Assembly (NCBI GenBank): GCA_042584405.1
Contig: JBHOSR010000002.1
Coordinates: forward strand, 3,417 to 67,416
Length of the DNA stretch: 64,000 nt
Source: Bacteroidota bacterium
GTDB lineage: Bacteria > Bacteroidota > Bacteroidia > Bacteroidales > UBA12077
Direction: 5' to 3'
Within the stretch, counting starts at the first letter, position 1. Every line of letters begins with the position of its first letter. Position numbers and translations under genes: made by a program. The notes beneath the pieces are model-generated. The model was not told where the DNA came from and made no database searches. It was given only the letters and a program-made list of their open reading frames with translations. This document shows positions 28,314 to 37,643 of this stretch, piece by piece.

Positions 28314-30731
28314 TTATAACCCAATCGTCAAACTCAGTTTGTACGAAAAATTATCAGCGGTTTTAAGATAGGAGTAAGGTCCGTATCTGTAAAGCAGGCC
28401 AAAACCATAACCTAAAAAGGATTGATTTAATATATTATTAATCAATAATCCGCATTCATAGTATCCTTTTTCTATAGATTGTATAGGTTTGGTAGTTTGA
28501 TGATTTACATTCTGCGAGAATTCTCCAATTCCGAAATTATTAATTAAAGCAAATTTAGGGTTAAACTTTTCAGAGCTAAATAAAAGATTTCCAAAGTCGT
28601 GCTTAAAGAATATAGAAAGGAATTTATCAGAATAAAATTCACCCATACGCATAGTACCAAAACTGTTTTCAGCTTCAAGGCTAAACGATTGATAACTTCC
28701 ATGGCCATTGTACATTTTTGAGATAGGGACATCACCGTCGATTAATCCTCCAACTACTGCTATTCGGGTTTTTCCTAACGACTTTGTTTTAAAAGTTTTG
28801 GTAAGTTTTGCTTCGTACTTGGTATATTCAAATTCACCATCCAAGAGATTTGTTCCTTTTATAATATTTCCGTAAAAAATGGGATAATCGGTCCCCAAGC
28901 TATATTTTGCTCGTAATGTTTTAAGGTATTTTTCGTTGTATGCATAACGGAATTGTAAGCCTATTTCATTAAATATAAATTCGTTGGTTGAACTAGCCAC
29001 AGTTGGTCCATATGTATAATCATCAACATCTGTAACATAAGATTGATTATAAAAAAGCTTTGTTTTTAAATATTGAAACGATAAGAAGCTGAAAGACACC
29101 TGGTATTTTTCAATAACATCCATATTTTCAAGCATATACTTTCTATAAATTTCGGTTGTTGTAAAATCAGGAGTTTCAAAAAAACTGTATCCGGCCTTTT
29201 CTTTTACATCGTTTGAATACGAAAAATGAAGTCGACTTTCAGATTCTTCATGTAAATTAAGAATTAAATCTCCTCCGTATTTCCACTCTTTATCTTTGAA
29301 TCCGTAACCGAAATATCCACCTATAGAAAAATATTTTGATATTTTTTCATTGGTCATCAATCCCAATCCCAATCTGTAACCTTCGTAGTTATTATAATCC
29401 ATTAATTTACCTAAAGGAAAATTAAAACATTTAATGGGGATATTTCCGTTCATGAATGCTTCCAGTCCTGAAAGTTTTTTCTCAAGTTTTTCTGCTTTAC
29501 TTACACTGTCAATAATATGATATGTTTCTTTTTCAATCTCTGATAATGGCTGTACTCTTTTATTTTGCCAGAATTCATCATCTTTTTTATTAGCATCATC
29601 AAGCACTTTAATTTCAATACGGTTAAAATCTTTTTTATTCAACTCAGGATTTAAGCTAATATTCGAAACATAACTTCTCCCTTTTGCAATCATGTCGTAA
29701 TCGTCAAATTCAGATGATGATATAGCATCAACAAATACGATAGTAGTTAGCAATTCTTTAGGAAACCATTGTTTATTATCTACGAATTCATAATTCTGCT
29801 GAATTCCTATTTTCATTCCCTGGTCTTTTTCTAAAGGTTCAGCAACGACAGATTGAATAGCATATTTATTGGTGTTAACATGTAAAAAACCTTTTAAACC
29901 ATCAAAGTTTTTTCCCTTTCTAGGTCGGAAGGAAATAATGAAGATAGTATCACTTTGTTCATTGTATAAAGTATCTTCTAAAAGAAATAAATACCTGTTT
30001 GTACTTCCTTTACTAATTGGATTAACATATAGTTTATCAAAAATCTCAAAATAGTCATTATAAAAGGAAAAAGACTGAACTTGCGATGCTATTAATGAAA
30101 ATATAGGATCGTTAAATCCAGAAACTTTTGATGCTACAATTTTTTCATTGTATTTATCGGGCTGTATAAATTCTTTTTCGTTAACCGTTTCAAGAACAAG
30201 CAAATGATGCTTTTCAAGTTTCTTTTCTACTCTGCTTTTTTCATATTTAGTGCTATCTGGAACAGTGGTACTATCTTTTCCTAAAGTAAAAAACATTTTG
30301 TTGTATGTTGTACAAGAAAATGAATTCATTTTTTCAGGATTATTTAAATCTCTGTTTTCCACTACCTTATTAATTATGCGTTCAGCAGGATTTTCTCCTG
30401 GCAATATAACTACCTCTTCTAAGTTAAAAGTTTTAGGGCGAAGTTTTATTACAATATTATGTAAAGACTTTTCTTGACTTATAATAAGAGTCTCTTTGTA
30501 ATAGCCCAGGTAACTTATTTTAAGTTCTTGTGTAGCATTATTTATTGAGATTTTAAAAGTACCATCAATGTTTGTTGTAGTTCCTAAACTCGATTCTCCA
30601 TAAATGATATTTACAAATGGCAAGGTTTTTTTTGTTTCAGAGTCAATTACAATTCCTTCAATGGTCTGACTTTTTAATGAAAAGCCAATTAGTAAAATAA
30701 AAATAAGGGATACAAACGATTTGCTACTCAT
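28314..30731 (-). CDS. DUF5686 / carboxypeptidase-regulatory-like domain outer-membrane protein
   Basis: Signal peptide. N-terminal CarboxypepD_reg motif (GIVIDSETKKTLPFVNIIYGESSLGTTTNIDGTFKI). Long beta-rich C-terminal region. Confidence 0.7.
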   Translation of the reverse strand: MSSKSFVSLIFILLIGFSLKSQTIEGIVIDSETKKTLPFVNIIYGESSLGTTTNIDGTFKISINNATQELKISYLGYYKETLIISQEKSLHNIVIKLRPKTFNLEEVVILPGENPAERIINKVVENRDLNNPEKMNSFSCTTYNKMFFTLGKDSTTVPDSTKYEKSRVEKKLEKHHLLVLETVNEKEFIQPDKYNEKIVASKVSGFNDPIFSLIASQVQSFSFYNDYFEIFDKLYVNPISKGSTNRYLFLLEDTLYNEQSDTIFIISFRPRKGKNFDGLKGFLHVNTNKYAIQSVVAEPLEKDQGMKIGIQQNYEFVDNKQWFPKELLTTIVFVDAISSSEFDDYDMIAKGRSYVSNISLNPELNKKDFNRIEIKVLDDANKKDDEFWQNKRVQPLSEIEKETYHIIDSVSKAEKLEKKLSGLEAFMNGNIPIKCFNFPLGKLMDYNNYEGYRLGLGLMTNEKISKYFSIGGYFGYGFKDKEWKYGGDLILNLHEESESRLHFSYSNDVKEKAGYSFFETPDFTTTEIYRKYMLENMDVIEKYQVSFSFLSFQYLKTKLFYNQSYVTDVDDYTYGPTVASSTNEFIFNEIGLQFRYAYNEKYLKTLRAKYSLGTDYPIFYGNIIKGTNLLDGEFEYTKYEAKLTKTFKTKSLGKTRIAVVGGLIDGDVPISKMYNGHGSYQSFSLEAENSFGTMRMGEFYSDKFLSIFFKHDFGNLLFSSEKFNPKFALINNFGIGEFSQNVNHQTTKPIQSIEKGYYECGLLINNILNQSFLGYGFGLLYRYGPYSYLKTADNFSYKLSLTIGL

Positions 30732-30802
30732 TGTAATCTTGTTTTCTACTATTGGTAGATAAGAATTATTGTTTATTACAATTTTTCAAATTAAAATTTG
30801 AA

Positions 30803-31630
30803 TTAATTAAATGATTTTCGTTTTAGAATTGAAATTTCCTGTGGAGTTAGGAATCTCCATTTTCCTCTTGGTAGGTTCTTTTTTGTTAATCCTGCAAAAT
30901 AAACTCTGTCTAGTTTTTTTATTTTATATCCCAACGATTCAAAAATTCTACGTACAATTCTGTTTTGCCCTGAATGTATTTCTATTCCAATTTGTGTTTT
31001 ATCCTTTTCATCAACATAACTAATGGCATCTGCCTGAATAAAATCATCGTCTAATTGAAGTCCTTCAATAATTTTTAGCATATCGCCTTTAACCAGATCT
31101 TTATCTAATTCCACATGATAAATTTTCTTTTTATTGTAACTTGGATGAGTAAGTTGTTTTGTTAATTCACCATCATTGGTAAGTAACAACACTCCTGTAG
31201 TATTTTTGTCTAATCGTCCAACAGGATATACTCTTTCTGGGCAAGCATTCTTCACAATATCAATAACTGTTCTATCAGCATGTTTGTCTTTTACGGTAGT
31301 AACAACATCTTTAGGTTTGTTTAAAAGGATATAAACTTTTTGTTCTCTATCAATTTTTTTGCCTTTGTATCGTATATCATCTTTTGGAGACACCTTTATT
31401 CCTAATTCTCTAATAATTTCTCCATTAACAGAAATATTCCCTGATTTAATTAATTCATCAGCTTCACGACGTGAACATATACCTGAGTTTGCTATAAATT
31501 TATTTAATCTTAATGGTTCGTTCCATTTTGCAATTTGGGGTTTGTACTCACCTTTTTCTGAGTCACCTTTTTTATAAGTTGATTTCTTTTTTGAAAAACT
31601 CTGTGTTGTTCTTTTTTTATCTTTCTCCAT
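30803..31630 (-). CDS. rluB: RsuA/RluB-family rRNA pseudouridine synthase with S4 domain
   Basis: Lys-rich N-tail, S4 domain (RLNKFIANSGICSRREADELI) and catalytic GRLDKNTTGVLLLTNDG. Confidence 0.8.
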   Translation of the reverse strand: MEKDKKRTTQSFSKKKSTYKKGDSEKGEYKPQIAKWNEPLRLNKFIANSGICSRREADELIKSGNISVNGEIIRELGIKVSPKDDIRYKGKKIDREQKVYILLNKPKDVVTTVKDKHADRTVIDIVKNACPERVYPVGRLDKNTTGVLLLTNDGELTKQLTHPSYNKKKIYHVELDKDLVKGDMLKIIEGLQLDDDFIQADAISYVDEKDKTQIGIEIHSGQNRIVRRIFESLGYKIKKLDRVYFAGLTKKNLPRGKWRFLTPQEISILKRKSFN

Positions 31631-31672
31631 TTTATTTTGCCGGCTGATTACTTAATAGCTTTTTAATTAGCG

Positions 31673-31680
31673 CAAAGTTA
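31673..31680 (-). promoter_or_regulatory. candidate -7 box (TAACTTTG on minus strand) for rluB
   Basis: The plus strand reads caaagtta. This places the box 42 nt upstream of the rluB ATG. Confidence 0.35.
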
Positions 31681-31823
31681 ATACTTTAAATCAAGCGGTG
31701 AATTGAATTTAATTATTAATAACTGAATTAGTTAAAAAAACCAAAATATGGGCACAAATAATTTGATTTATATATCTTTATTTGATTTTTTAAACTTATA
31801 ATATAAAAAGGAGTTTTAAGGGT

Positions 31824-33209
31824 ATGACATTAATAAAATCAATTTCAGGAATACGAGGAACTATAGGAGGTAAGGCTGGCGAGGGATTAAGCCCATTGGA
31901 TACTGTGAAATTTGTTTCGGCATATGGGCAATGGGTAAAAGATCAATCAAATGTTAAAAAAGCAAAAGTAATTGTTGGTCGCGATGCAAGAATTTCAGGA
32001 GAAATGGTTAACCAAATAGTAGTAGGGACATTAATGGGAATGGGCATTGATGTAATTAATATTGGTTTAGCAACTACTCCAACAACAGAAATAGCAGTAC
32101 CTGCGGAGAATGCACACGGAGGTATCATTTTAACTGCAAGCCATAATCCAAAACAATGGAATGCATTAAAGTTATTAAATGGCAAAGGGGAGTTCTTGTC
32201 GGCAGATGAAGGAGCAAAAATATTGGAAATTGCTGAAAAAGAAAGCTTTATTTATGCAGACGTTGATGAATTAGGATCTGTGCAAGAAAGAAATGATTAT
32301 TTAGATATTCATATTAAACAAATTCTCGATTTACACTTAGTTGATATTGATGTAATTAAAGCAGCGAATTTCAAAATTGCTATTGATGCTGTTAATTCAG
32401 TTGGAGGTATTGCAATACCAGCATTATTAAAAGCATTGGGCGTTGATGATATTATTGAATTATATTGTGAACCTAATGGAGTATTCCCTCATAATCCTGA
32501 ACCACTACCAGAACATTTAACTGAGATTTCAAAAGTTGTAAAGGAAAATAATGCTCACCTTGGTTTTGTTGTCGATCCAGATGTTGATCGTTTAGCAATT
32601 GTAAATGAAGACGGATCAATGTTCGGAGAGGAATATACACTGGTTGCAGTTTCAGATTATATTTTACAAAACAAAAAGGGAAATACGGTGTCTAACTTAT
32701 CATCGTCAAGAGCTTTAAGAGATGTTACTCAGAATTATGGGGGTGAATATTTTGCATCTGCGGTTGGCGAAGTTAATGTTGTTGATAGCATGAAAGCGAA
32801 TAATGCGGTAATCGGGGGAGAAGGTAATGGGGGGATAATTTATCCTGATCTGCATTATGGACGTGATGCCCTTGTAGGGATAGCACTATTTTTAACACAT
32901 CTAGCAAAATCTAAAAATAAGTGTTCTGATTTAAGATCCCGATATCCTGAATACATTATTGCAAAAAAGAAAATGCAATTAACACCGGAAATAAATGTTG
33001 ATAACATTTTAAGTTCGGTTAAAGAAAAATTTCAAAATCAAGATATAATTGATATTGATGGAGTAAAGATCGAATTTGATCATGGCTGGGTTCATTTACG
33101 AAAATCGAATACCGAACCCATAATTCGAATTTATGCTGAAAGCAGAGATATGAAAAGTGCGAACGAATTAGCAGATAAAATTATTAACGAACTCAAATCA
33201 TTAATATAA
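31824..33209 (+). CDS. glmM: phosphoglucosamine mutase (alpha-D-phosphohexomutase family)
   Basis: Active-site loop TASHNP, the metal loop FVVDPDVDR and GGEGNGGII. Confidence 0.85.
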   Translation: MTLIKSISGIRGTIGGKAGEGLSPLDTVKFVSAYGQWVKDQSNVKKAKVIVGRDARISGEMVNQIVVGTLMGMGIDVINIGLATTPTTEIAVPAENAHGGIILTASHNPKQWNALKLLNGKGEFLSADEGAKILEIAEKESFIYADVDELGSVQERNDYLDIHIKQILDLHLVDIDVIKAANFKIAIDAVNSVGGIAIPALLKALGVDDIIELYCEPNGVFPHNPEPLPEHLTEISKVVKENNAHLGFVVDPDVDRLAIVNEDGSMFGEEYTLVAVSDYILQNKKGNTVSNLSSSRALRDVTQNYGGEYFASAVGEVNVVDSMKANNAVIGGEGNGGIIYPDLHYGRDALVGIALFLTHLAKSKNKCSDLRSRYPEYIIAKKKMQLTPEINVDNILSSVKEKFQNQDIIDIDGVKIEFDHGWVHLRKSNTEPIIRIYAESRDMKSANELADKIINELKSLI

Positions 33210-33212
33210 AAA

Positions 33213-34598
33213 ATGAAGAAAAAGTACTATATAATTATTGCTTCTATAATGCTTGTAATTATAATATTTCTAATATTCCGACCTGGGAAAAGTGACGCAT
33301 TGAAGCAATTAAGTGTAAAAGTTGAAAAAGGAGAATTTGAAATTTTAGTTACAACAACTGGTGAACTTCAGGCAAAAAGCTCAGTTGATATTATGGGTCC
33401 CACAGAATTAAGGAACAGTAGAAGTATTCGGATAAGGAATATTAAAATACAGGATTTAGTAGCAGAAGGAACTGTTGTCGATTCTGGGGATTATGTAGGT
33501 GAATTGGATCGATCGGAAGTTGGAACAAGTCTTAAAGATTTGGAAGATGAATTGGAAACAATGGAATCACAATTTCTAAAAACACAGTTAGATACCACAA
33601 TGCAGCTGAGAGAGTTAAGAGATCAGTTAGTGAATTTGAAATTTACTAAGGAGGAAAAACAAATTGTTTTGGATCAAAGTAAATATGAACCACCAGCAAC
33701 AATTCGGCAAGCAACTATCGAACTAGAAAAGTCTCAAAGAGCATTTGAACAAGCAAATGACAATTATTCATTGAAAGTTCAGCAAGCGGAGGCTAATATG
33801 CGTGAAGCAAGCATTAATCTAGATCAGGCTAGAAGAAAAGTAAATGAATTAAAAAATGTGATTGAAAAATTTACCATTTACGCTCCACAGTCAGGAATGG
33901 TAATTTATAAAAAAGAGTGGAGTGGTCAGAAGCGTAAGGTTGGTTCAATGATTAATCCGTGGGATTTAACAGTTGCTACACTTCCAGATTTATCAACAAT
34001 GAACTCTAAAACTTATGTTAATGAAATTGATATAAGTAAGGTTAAAGCTGGTCAAGAAGTACGTATGGGTATTGATGCATTTCCTGAAAAAAAATATACA
34101 GGACAAGTTATTGAAGTAGCAAATATTGGTGAGCAATTACAAAATACAGATGCAAAGGTATTTGAGGTTGTAATTGGTGTTGACCAAGCCGATAGTATTA
34201 TGCGTCCTGCTATGACAACAAGTAACCAAATTATTACCAATATTTATGAAAATGTATTCTTTCTTCCTCTTGAAGCTATACATAACGAAGATAGTTTAAG
34301 TTATGTGTATACGAAATCTCATAAAAAGCAAATAATTATTCCTGGAGAAACAAATGAAAATCATATTATTATTGAGCAAGGAGTAAAAGAAGGTGATGAA
34401 GTGTATCTTTCTGTACCTGAAAATTCAGAAAAATATAAACTTTCAGGACAAGAATTAATACCAATTATAAAGGAGAGAGAGAGATTAAAAAAGGAAGAAG
34501 ACCTAAAGAAACAGGAACAATCAAAAAGACCAGAAAGGGATTTTAATAAACCAAATGGACAAAGACGTCGCCCTCCTGGAGGATCAAAATCAAATTAA
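33213..34598 (+). CDS. HlyD/MacA-type efflux periplasmic adaptor
   Basis: N-terminal TM anchor, long coiled-coil hairpin, beta-barrel domain. The C-terminal tail is basic and low in complexity. Confidence 0.8.
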   Translation: MKKKYYIIIASIMLVIIIFLIFRPGKSDALKQLSVKVEKGEFEILVTTTGELQAKSSVDIMGPTELRNSRSIRIRNIKIQDLVAEGTVVDSGDYVGELDRSEVGTSLKDLEDELETMESQFLKTQLDTTMQLRELRDQLVNLKFTKEEKQIVLDQSKYEPPATIRQATIELEKSQRAFEQANDNYSLKVQQAEANMREASINLDQARRKVNELKNVIEKFTIYAPQSGMVIYKKEWSGQKRKVGSMINPWDLTVATLPDLSTMNSKTYVNEIDISKVKAGQEVRMGIDAFPEKKYTGQVIEVANIGEQLQNTDAKVFEVVIGVDQADSIMRPAMTTSNQIITNIYENVFFLPLEAIHNEDSLSYVYTKSHKKQIIIPGETNENHIIIEQGVKEGDEVYLSVPENSEKYKLSGQELIPIIKERERLKKEEDLKKQEQSKRPERDFNKPNGQRRRPPGGSKSN

Positions 34599-34600
34599 TT

Positions 34601-35977
34601 ATGATTAGTAGGTATTTTCATGATATTGAAATTGCAATAGAATCTCTTTTGTCTAACAAACTGAAATCCATTTTAACAGCTTTGGGAATCATTTTTGGTA
34701 CTGCCGCCGTAATTAGTATGTTGGCAATTGGAAATGGAGCGCAACAAGAAATCCTTGAGCAGATAAAGATGGTGGGGGTAAACAATATTGTAATTACACC
34801 AACGGTTGATTTAACCGGCAATGGAGAGAATGGAGAATCATCAGATGAAGGTACGGAAAATGGCAATGGAGAAACTAAAAAAGAGAAATTTTCTCCCGGA
34901 CTTACGATGAAAGATTTGGAAGCAATTCAAAAAATAGTCCCATCTGTTAAGAGAATATCTCCTGAGGTTATTTCAAATTCATTTGTTGTACAAAATGGTC
35001 GCAGGGTTGCTGCTAAAGTTATTGGAGTAAATAATGATTACTTTGATATTTATAATATAAATCTGGAAAAAGGACTCTTTTTTAGCGAATATCAAGTAGA
35101 AAATGGTATTCCTGTATGTGTAATTGGAGCAAATATTAGCTCCAAAGTTTTTAGTGATGTTGATCCTATCAATCAATATTTGAAATTTGGACATGTTTGG
35201 CTAAAAGTAATTGGAGTATTGGAGAAAACTGAAGTTAATCTCTCAGCTGCTGATAATGCTGGAGTTAATCTAGCTAACGATAATGTTTACATTCCCGTGC
35301 AAACCATGTTGCTCCGATATAAAAACAGAGCCCTAATTAATTCTAAAAATTTAGGAGGAAGTAGTTTTTATGGAGGTGGATTTTTCTTTTCTTTTTCTGG
35401 CGGACAAGAAACATCCTCTTTAAACTATAATCAATTAGATAAAATAATTGTACAGGTCGAAGAAACGGAGCAACTGACATCTACTACTGAAATATTAAGC
35501 AGAATGTTGTTACGTAGGCATATGGAAGTGAAAGATTATGAGATAACTGTACCCGAATTACTTCTGAAACAACAACAAAGAACAAAAGATATTTTCAATT
35601 TTGTGCTTGGAGCTATTGCAGGGATATCATTAATTGTTGGGGGTATAGGAATAATGAATATCATGTTTGCGTCTGTTATGGAACGGATTAAAGAAATTGG
35701 AATTCGGTTGGCACTAGGAGCAAAAAAAGCAGATATTATTGCTCAGTTTTTATCTGAAGCAATTCTTATTAGTGTTACAGGAGGGTTAATAGGAGTAGTT
35801 TTAGGAGTAGTATTTTCAAAACTGATTATGAAGTTTGCCGGGATACTAACTATAATATCTCCGGGATCTATCATTGTTGCTTTTGGTGTTAGCGCCATGA
35901 TTGGAGTAATATTTGGAATTTCTCCTGCCAAAAGGGCTGCTCAAAGAGATCCTATAGAATCATTAAGATACGAATAA
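34601..35977 (+). CDS. MacB-like ABC transporter permease (MacB_PCD + FtsX)
   Basis: N-terminal TM helix (LKSILTALGIIFGTAAVISMLAIGNG), a periplasmic domain and the C-terminal FtsX 3-TM bundle (ERIKEIGIRLALGAKKADI). Confidence 0.85.
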   Translation: MISRYFHDIEIAIESLLSNKLKSILTALGIIFGTAAVISMLAIGNGAQQEILEQIKMVGVNNIVITPTVDLTGNGENGESSDEGTENGNGETKKEKFSPGLTMKDLEAIQKIVPSVKRISPEVISNSFVVQNGRRVAAKVIGVNNDYFDIYNINLEKGLFFSEYQVENGIPVCVIGANISSKVFSDVDPINQYLKFGHVWLKVIGVLEKTEVNLSAADNAGVNLANDNVYIPVQTMLLRYKNRALINSKNLGGSSFYGGGFFFSFSGGQETSSLNYNQLDKIIVQVEETEQLTSTTEILSRMLLRRHMEVKDYEITVPELLLKQQQRTKDIFNFVLGAIAGISLIVGGIGIMNIMFASVMERIKEIGIRLALGAKKADIIAQFLSEAILISVTGGLIGVVLGVVFSKLIMKFAGILTIISPGSIIVAFGVSAMIGVIFGISPAKRAAQRDPIESLRYE

Positions 35978-35993
35978 GTTCAAATTTAAGTCA

Positions 35994-37478
35994 ATGAAAC
36001 AAAACAGAATATATTTAGTTCTTTTATTAAATCTGATCTTTTTTCCTCTATTAGGTCAGGAATCAATTATTGAAGAATTAACTTTTGAACAAGTAGTTCG
36101 ATTAGCACGAGAGCAATCACCTGATGCAATAATGGCAAAACATCAGTTTAGAGCTAATTATTGGGAATTTAGAACTTATAAGTCCGATTTTAGACCAAAT
36201 CTTAGCTTAGGAACAACTTTTCCTGAATTTAGCAGAGCCATAAAAAAGTATCAGAATCCAGACGGAACATATACTTATGTTGAGGATAATTTAAATACAA
36301 CATCTGCGCAACTTAACTTGCGACAGAACGTTGGTTTTACAGGTGGACAAATATTTGCAACCTCAAATTTAGCTCGATTAGATGTTTTTGGCGATGACAA
36401 ATCAACATCATACTTATCTACTCCAATAAGTATTGGTTACAGGCAGCCCATGCTGTTTTACAATGAATATAAATGGCAAAAGAAAATAGAACCACTTAAG
36501 TACGAAGAAGCTAAAAAGAAATACATTTCTTCTCTTGAAGATGTTTCCTTAAAAGCTGTGGCCTATTTCTTCGATTTAGCATTAGCTCAACAAAACTTGC
36601 AAGTAGCTAGAATTAATTTTTCCAATGCAGACACTTTATATCAAATTGCTACAGGACGTTATAATATTGGTACTATTGCAGAAAATGAATTAATGCAAAT
36701 GGAGCTAAGTTTATTAAATGCAGGATCTTCACTTAATTCTGCTTTGGTCGATTTGGAGATTAGGAAATTTCAACTTCGTTCTTTTTTAGGATTTAATGAA
36801 AAAGTAAATTTGAAATTGATTATTCCAAGAGAAATACCAGAGTTAACAGTTGATGTTGATCAAGCGCTCGAAATTGCAAGAGAAAATAATCCAAATATAA
36901 TTGCATTTGAAAGACAATTGATCGAAGCTCAGAGAGATTTGGCAAAAGCTCGGTCTGAAAAAGGATTACAGGCCGATTTATTTGCAAGCGTTGGTTATAC
37001 TCAGCAATCAATAGATTTTTCAGATGTGTATATAAATCCTCAAGACCAACAAAGAGTTACCTTAGGTTTAGAGATTCCATTATTAGATTGGGGATTAGGT
37101 CGTGGGCAATATAAAATGGCACAGTCGAGCCAGGAATTAATACGAACAACTGTAGAGCAATCCAGAACTGATTTTGTACAAAGTGTTTATTTAAATGTTA
37201 TGCAATTCAATTTACAGGACGATCAACTTTTAATTGCAGCAAAAAGTGATACAATTGCTCAAAAACGTTACGATATGACCAAACAGCGATTTCTTATCGG
37301 AAAAGTTGATGTTTTGGATTTAAACGTTGCCCTTTCTGAAAAGGATGTTGCCAAAACAAACTATATTTCTGCATTAAGAAAATACTGGTCTAATTTTTAT
37401 AATCTTCGAAAGGTTACACTTTATGATTTCATCAAAGATGAATCCTTAGATACGAAATTTGATGAATTAATAGAATAA
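35994..37478 (+). CDS. TolC-family outer membrane efflux protein
   Basis: Signal peptide and two OEP repeats. It directly follows the adaptor and permease genes. Confidence 0.85.
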   Translation: MKQNRIYLVLLLNLIFFPLLGQESIIEELTFEQVVRLAREQSPDAIMAKHQFRANYWEFRTYKSDFRPNLSLGTTFPEFSRAIKKYQNPDGTYTYVEDNLNTTSAQLNLRQNVGFTGGQIFATSNLARLDVFGDDKSTSYLSTPISIGYRQPMLFYNEYKWQKKIEPLKYEEAKKKYISSLEDVSLKAVAYFFDLALAQQNLQVARINFSNADTLYQIATGRYNIGTIAENELMQMELSLLNAGSSLNSALVDLEIRKFQLRSFLGFNEKVNLKLIIPREIPELTVDVDQALEIARENNPNIIAFERQLIEAQRDLAKARSEKGLQADLFASVGYTQQSIDFSDVYINPQDQQRVTLGLEIPLLDWGLGRGQYKMAQSSQELIRTTVEQSRTDFVQSVYLNVMQFNLQDDQLLIAAKSDTIAQKRYDMTKQRFLIGKVDVLDLNVALSEKDVAKTNYISALRKYWSNFYNLRKVTLYDFIKDESLDTKFDELIE

Positions 37479-37576
37479 TTCTCACTAATTAAGTGTCAAT
37501 ATTTAAATAAATCAAATCTGATTTATTTAATACAAATGTTAATCCATTGAAAAAGTGTGATTCTAAAAAATAATTT

Positions 37577-37584
37577 TATCTTTG
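37577..37584 (+). promoter_or_regulatory. candidate -7 box (TATCTTTG) for secDF
   Basis: Match to TAnnTTTG, 59 nt upstream of the ATG. Confidence 0.35.
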
Positions 37585-37643
37585 CACGACAATTTACTTA
37601 ATAAGAAAAATATATTAATAATATCAATAAAATAGTTTGACAA

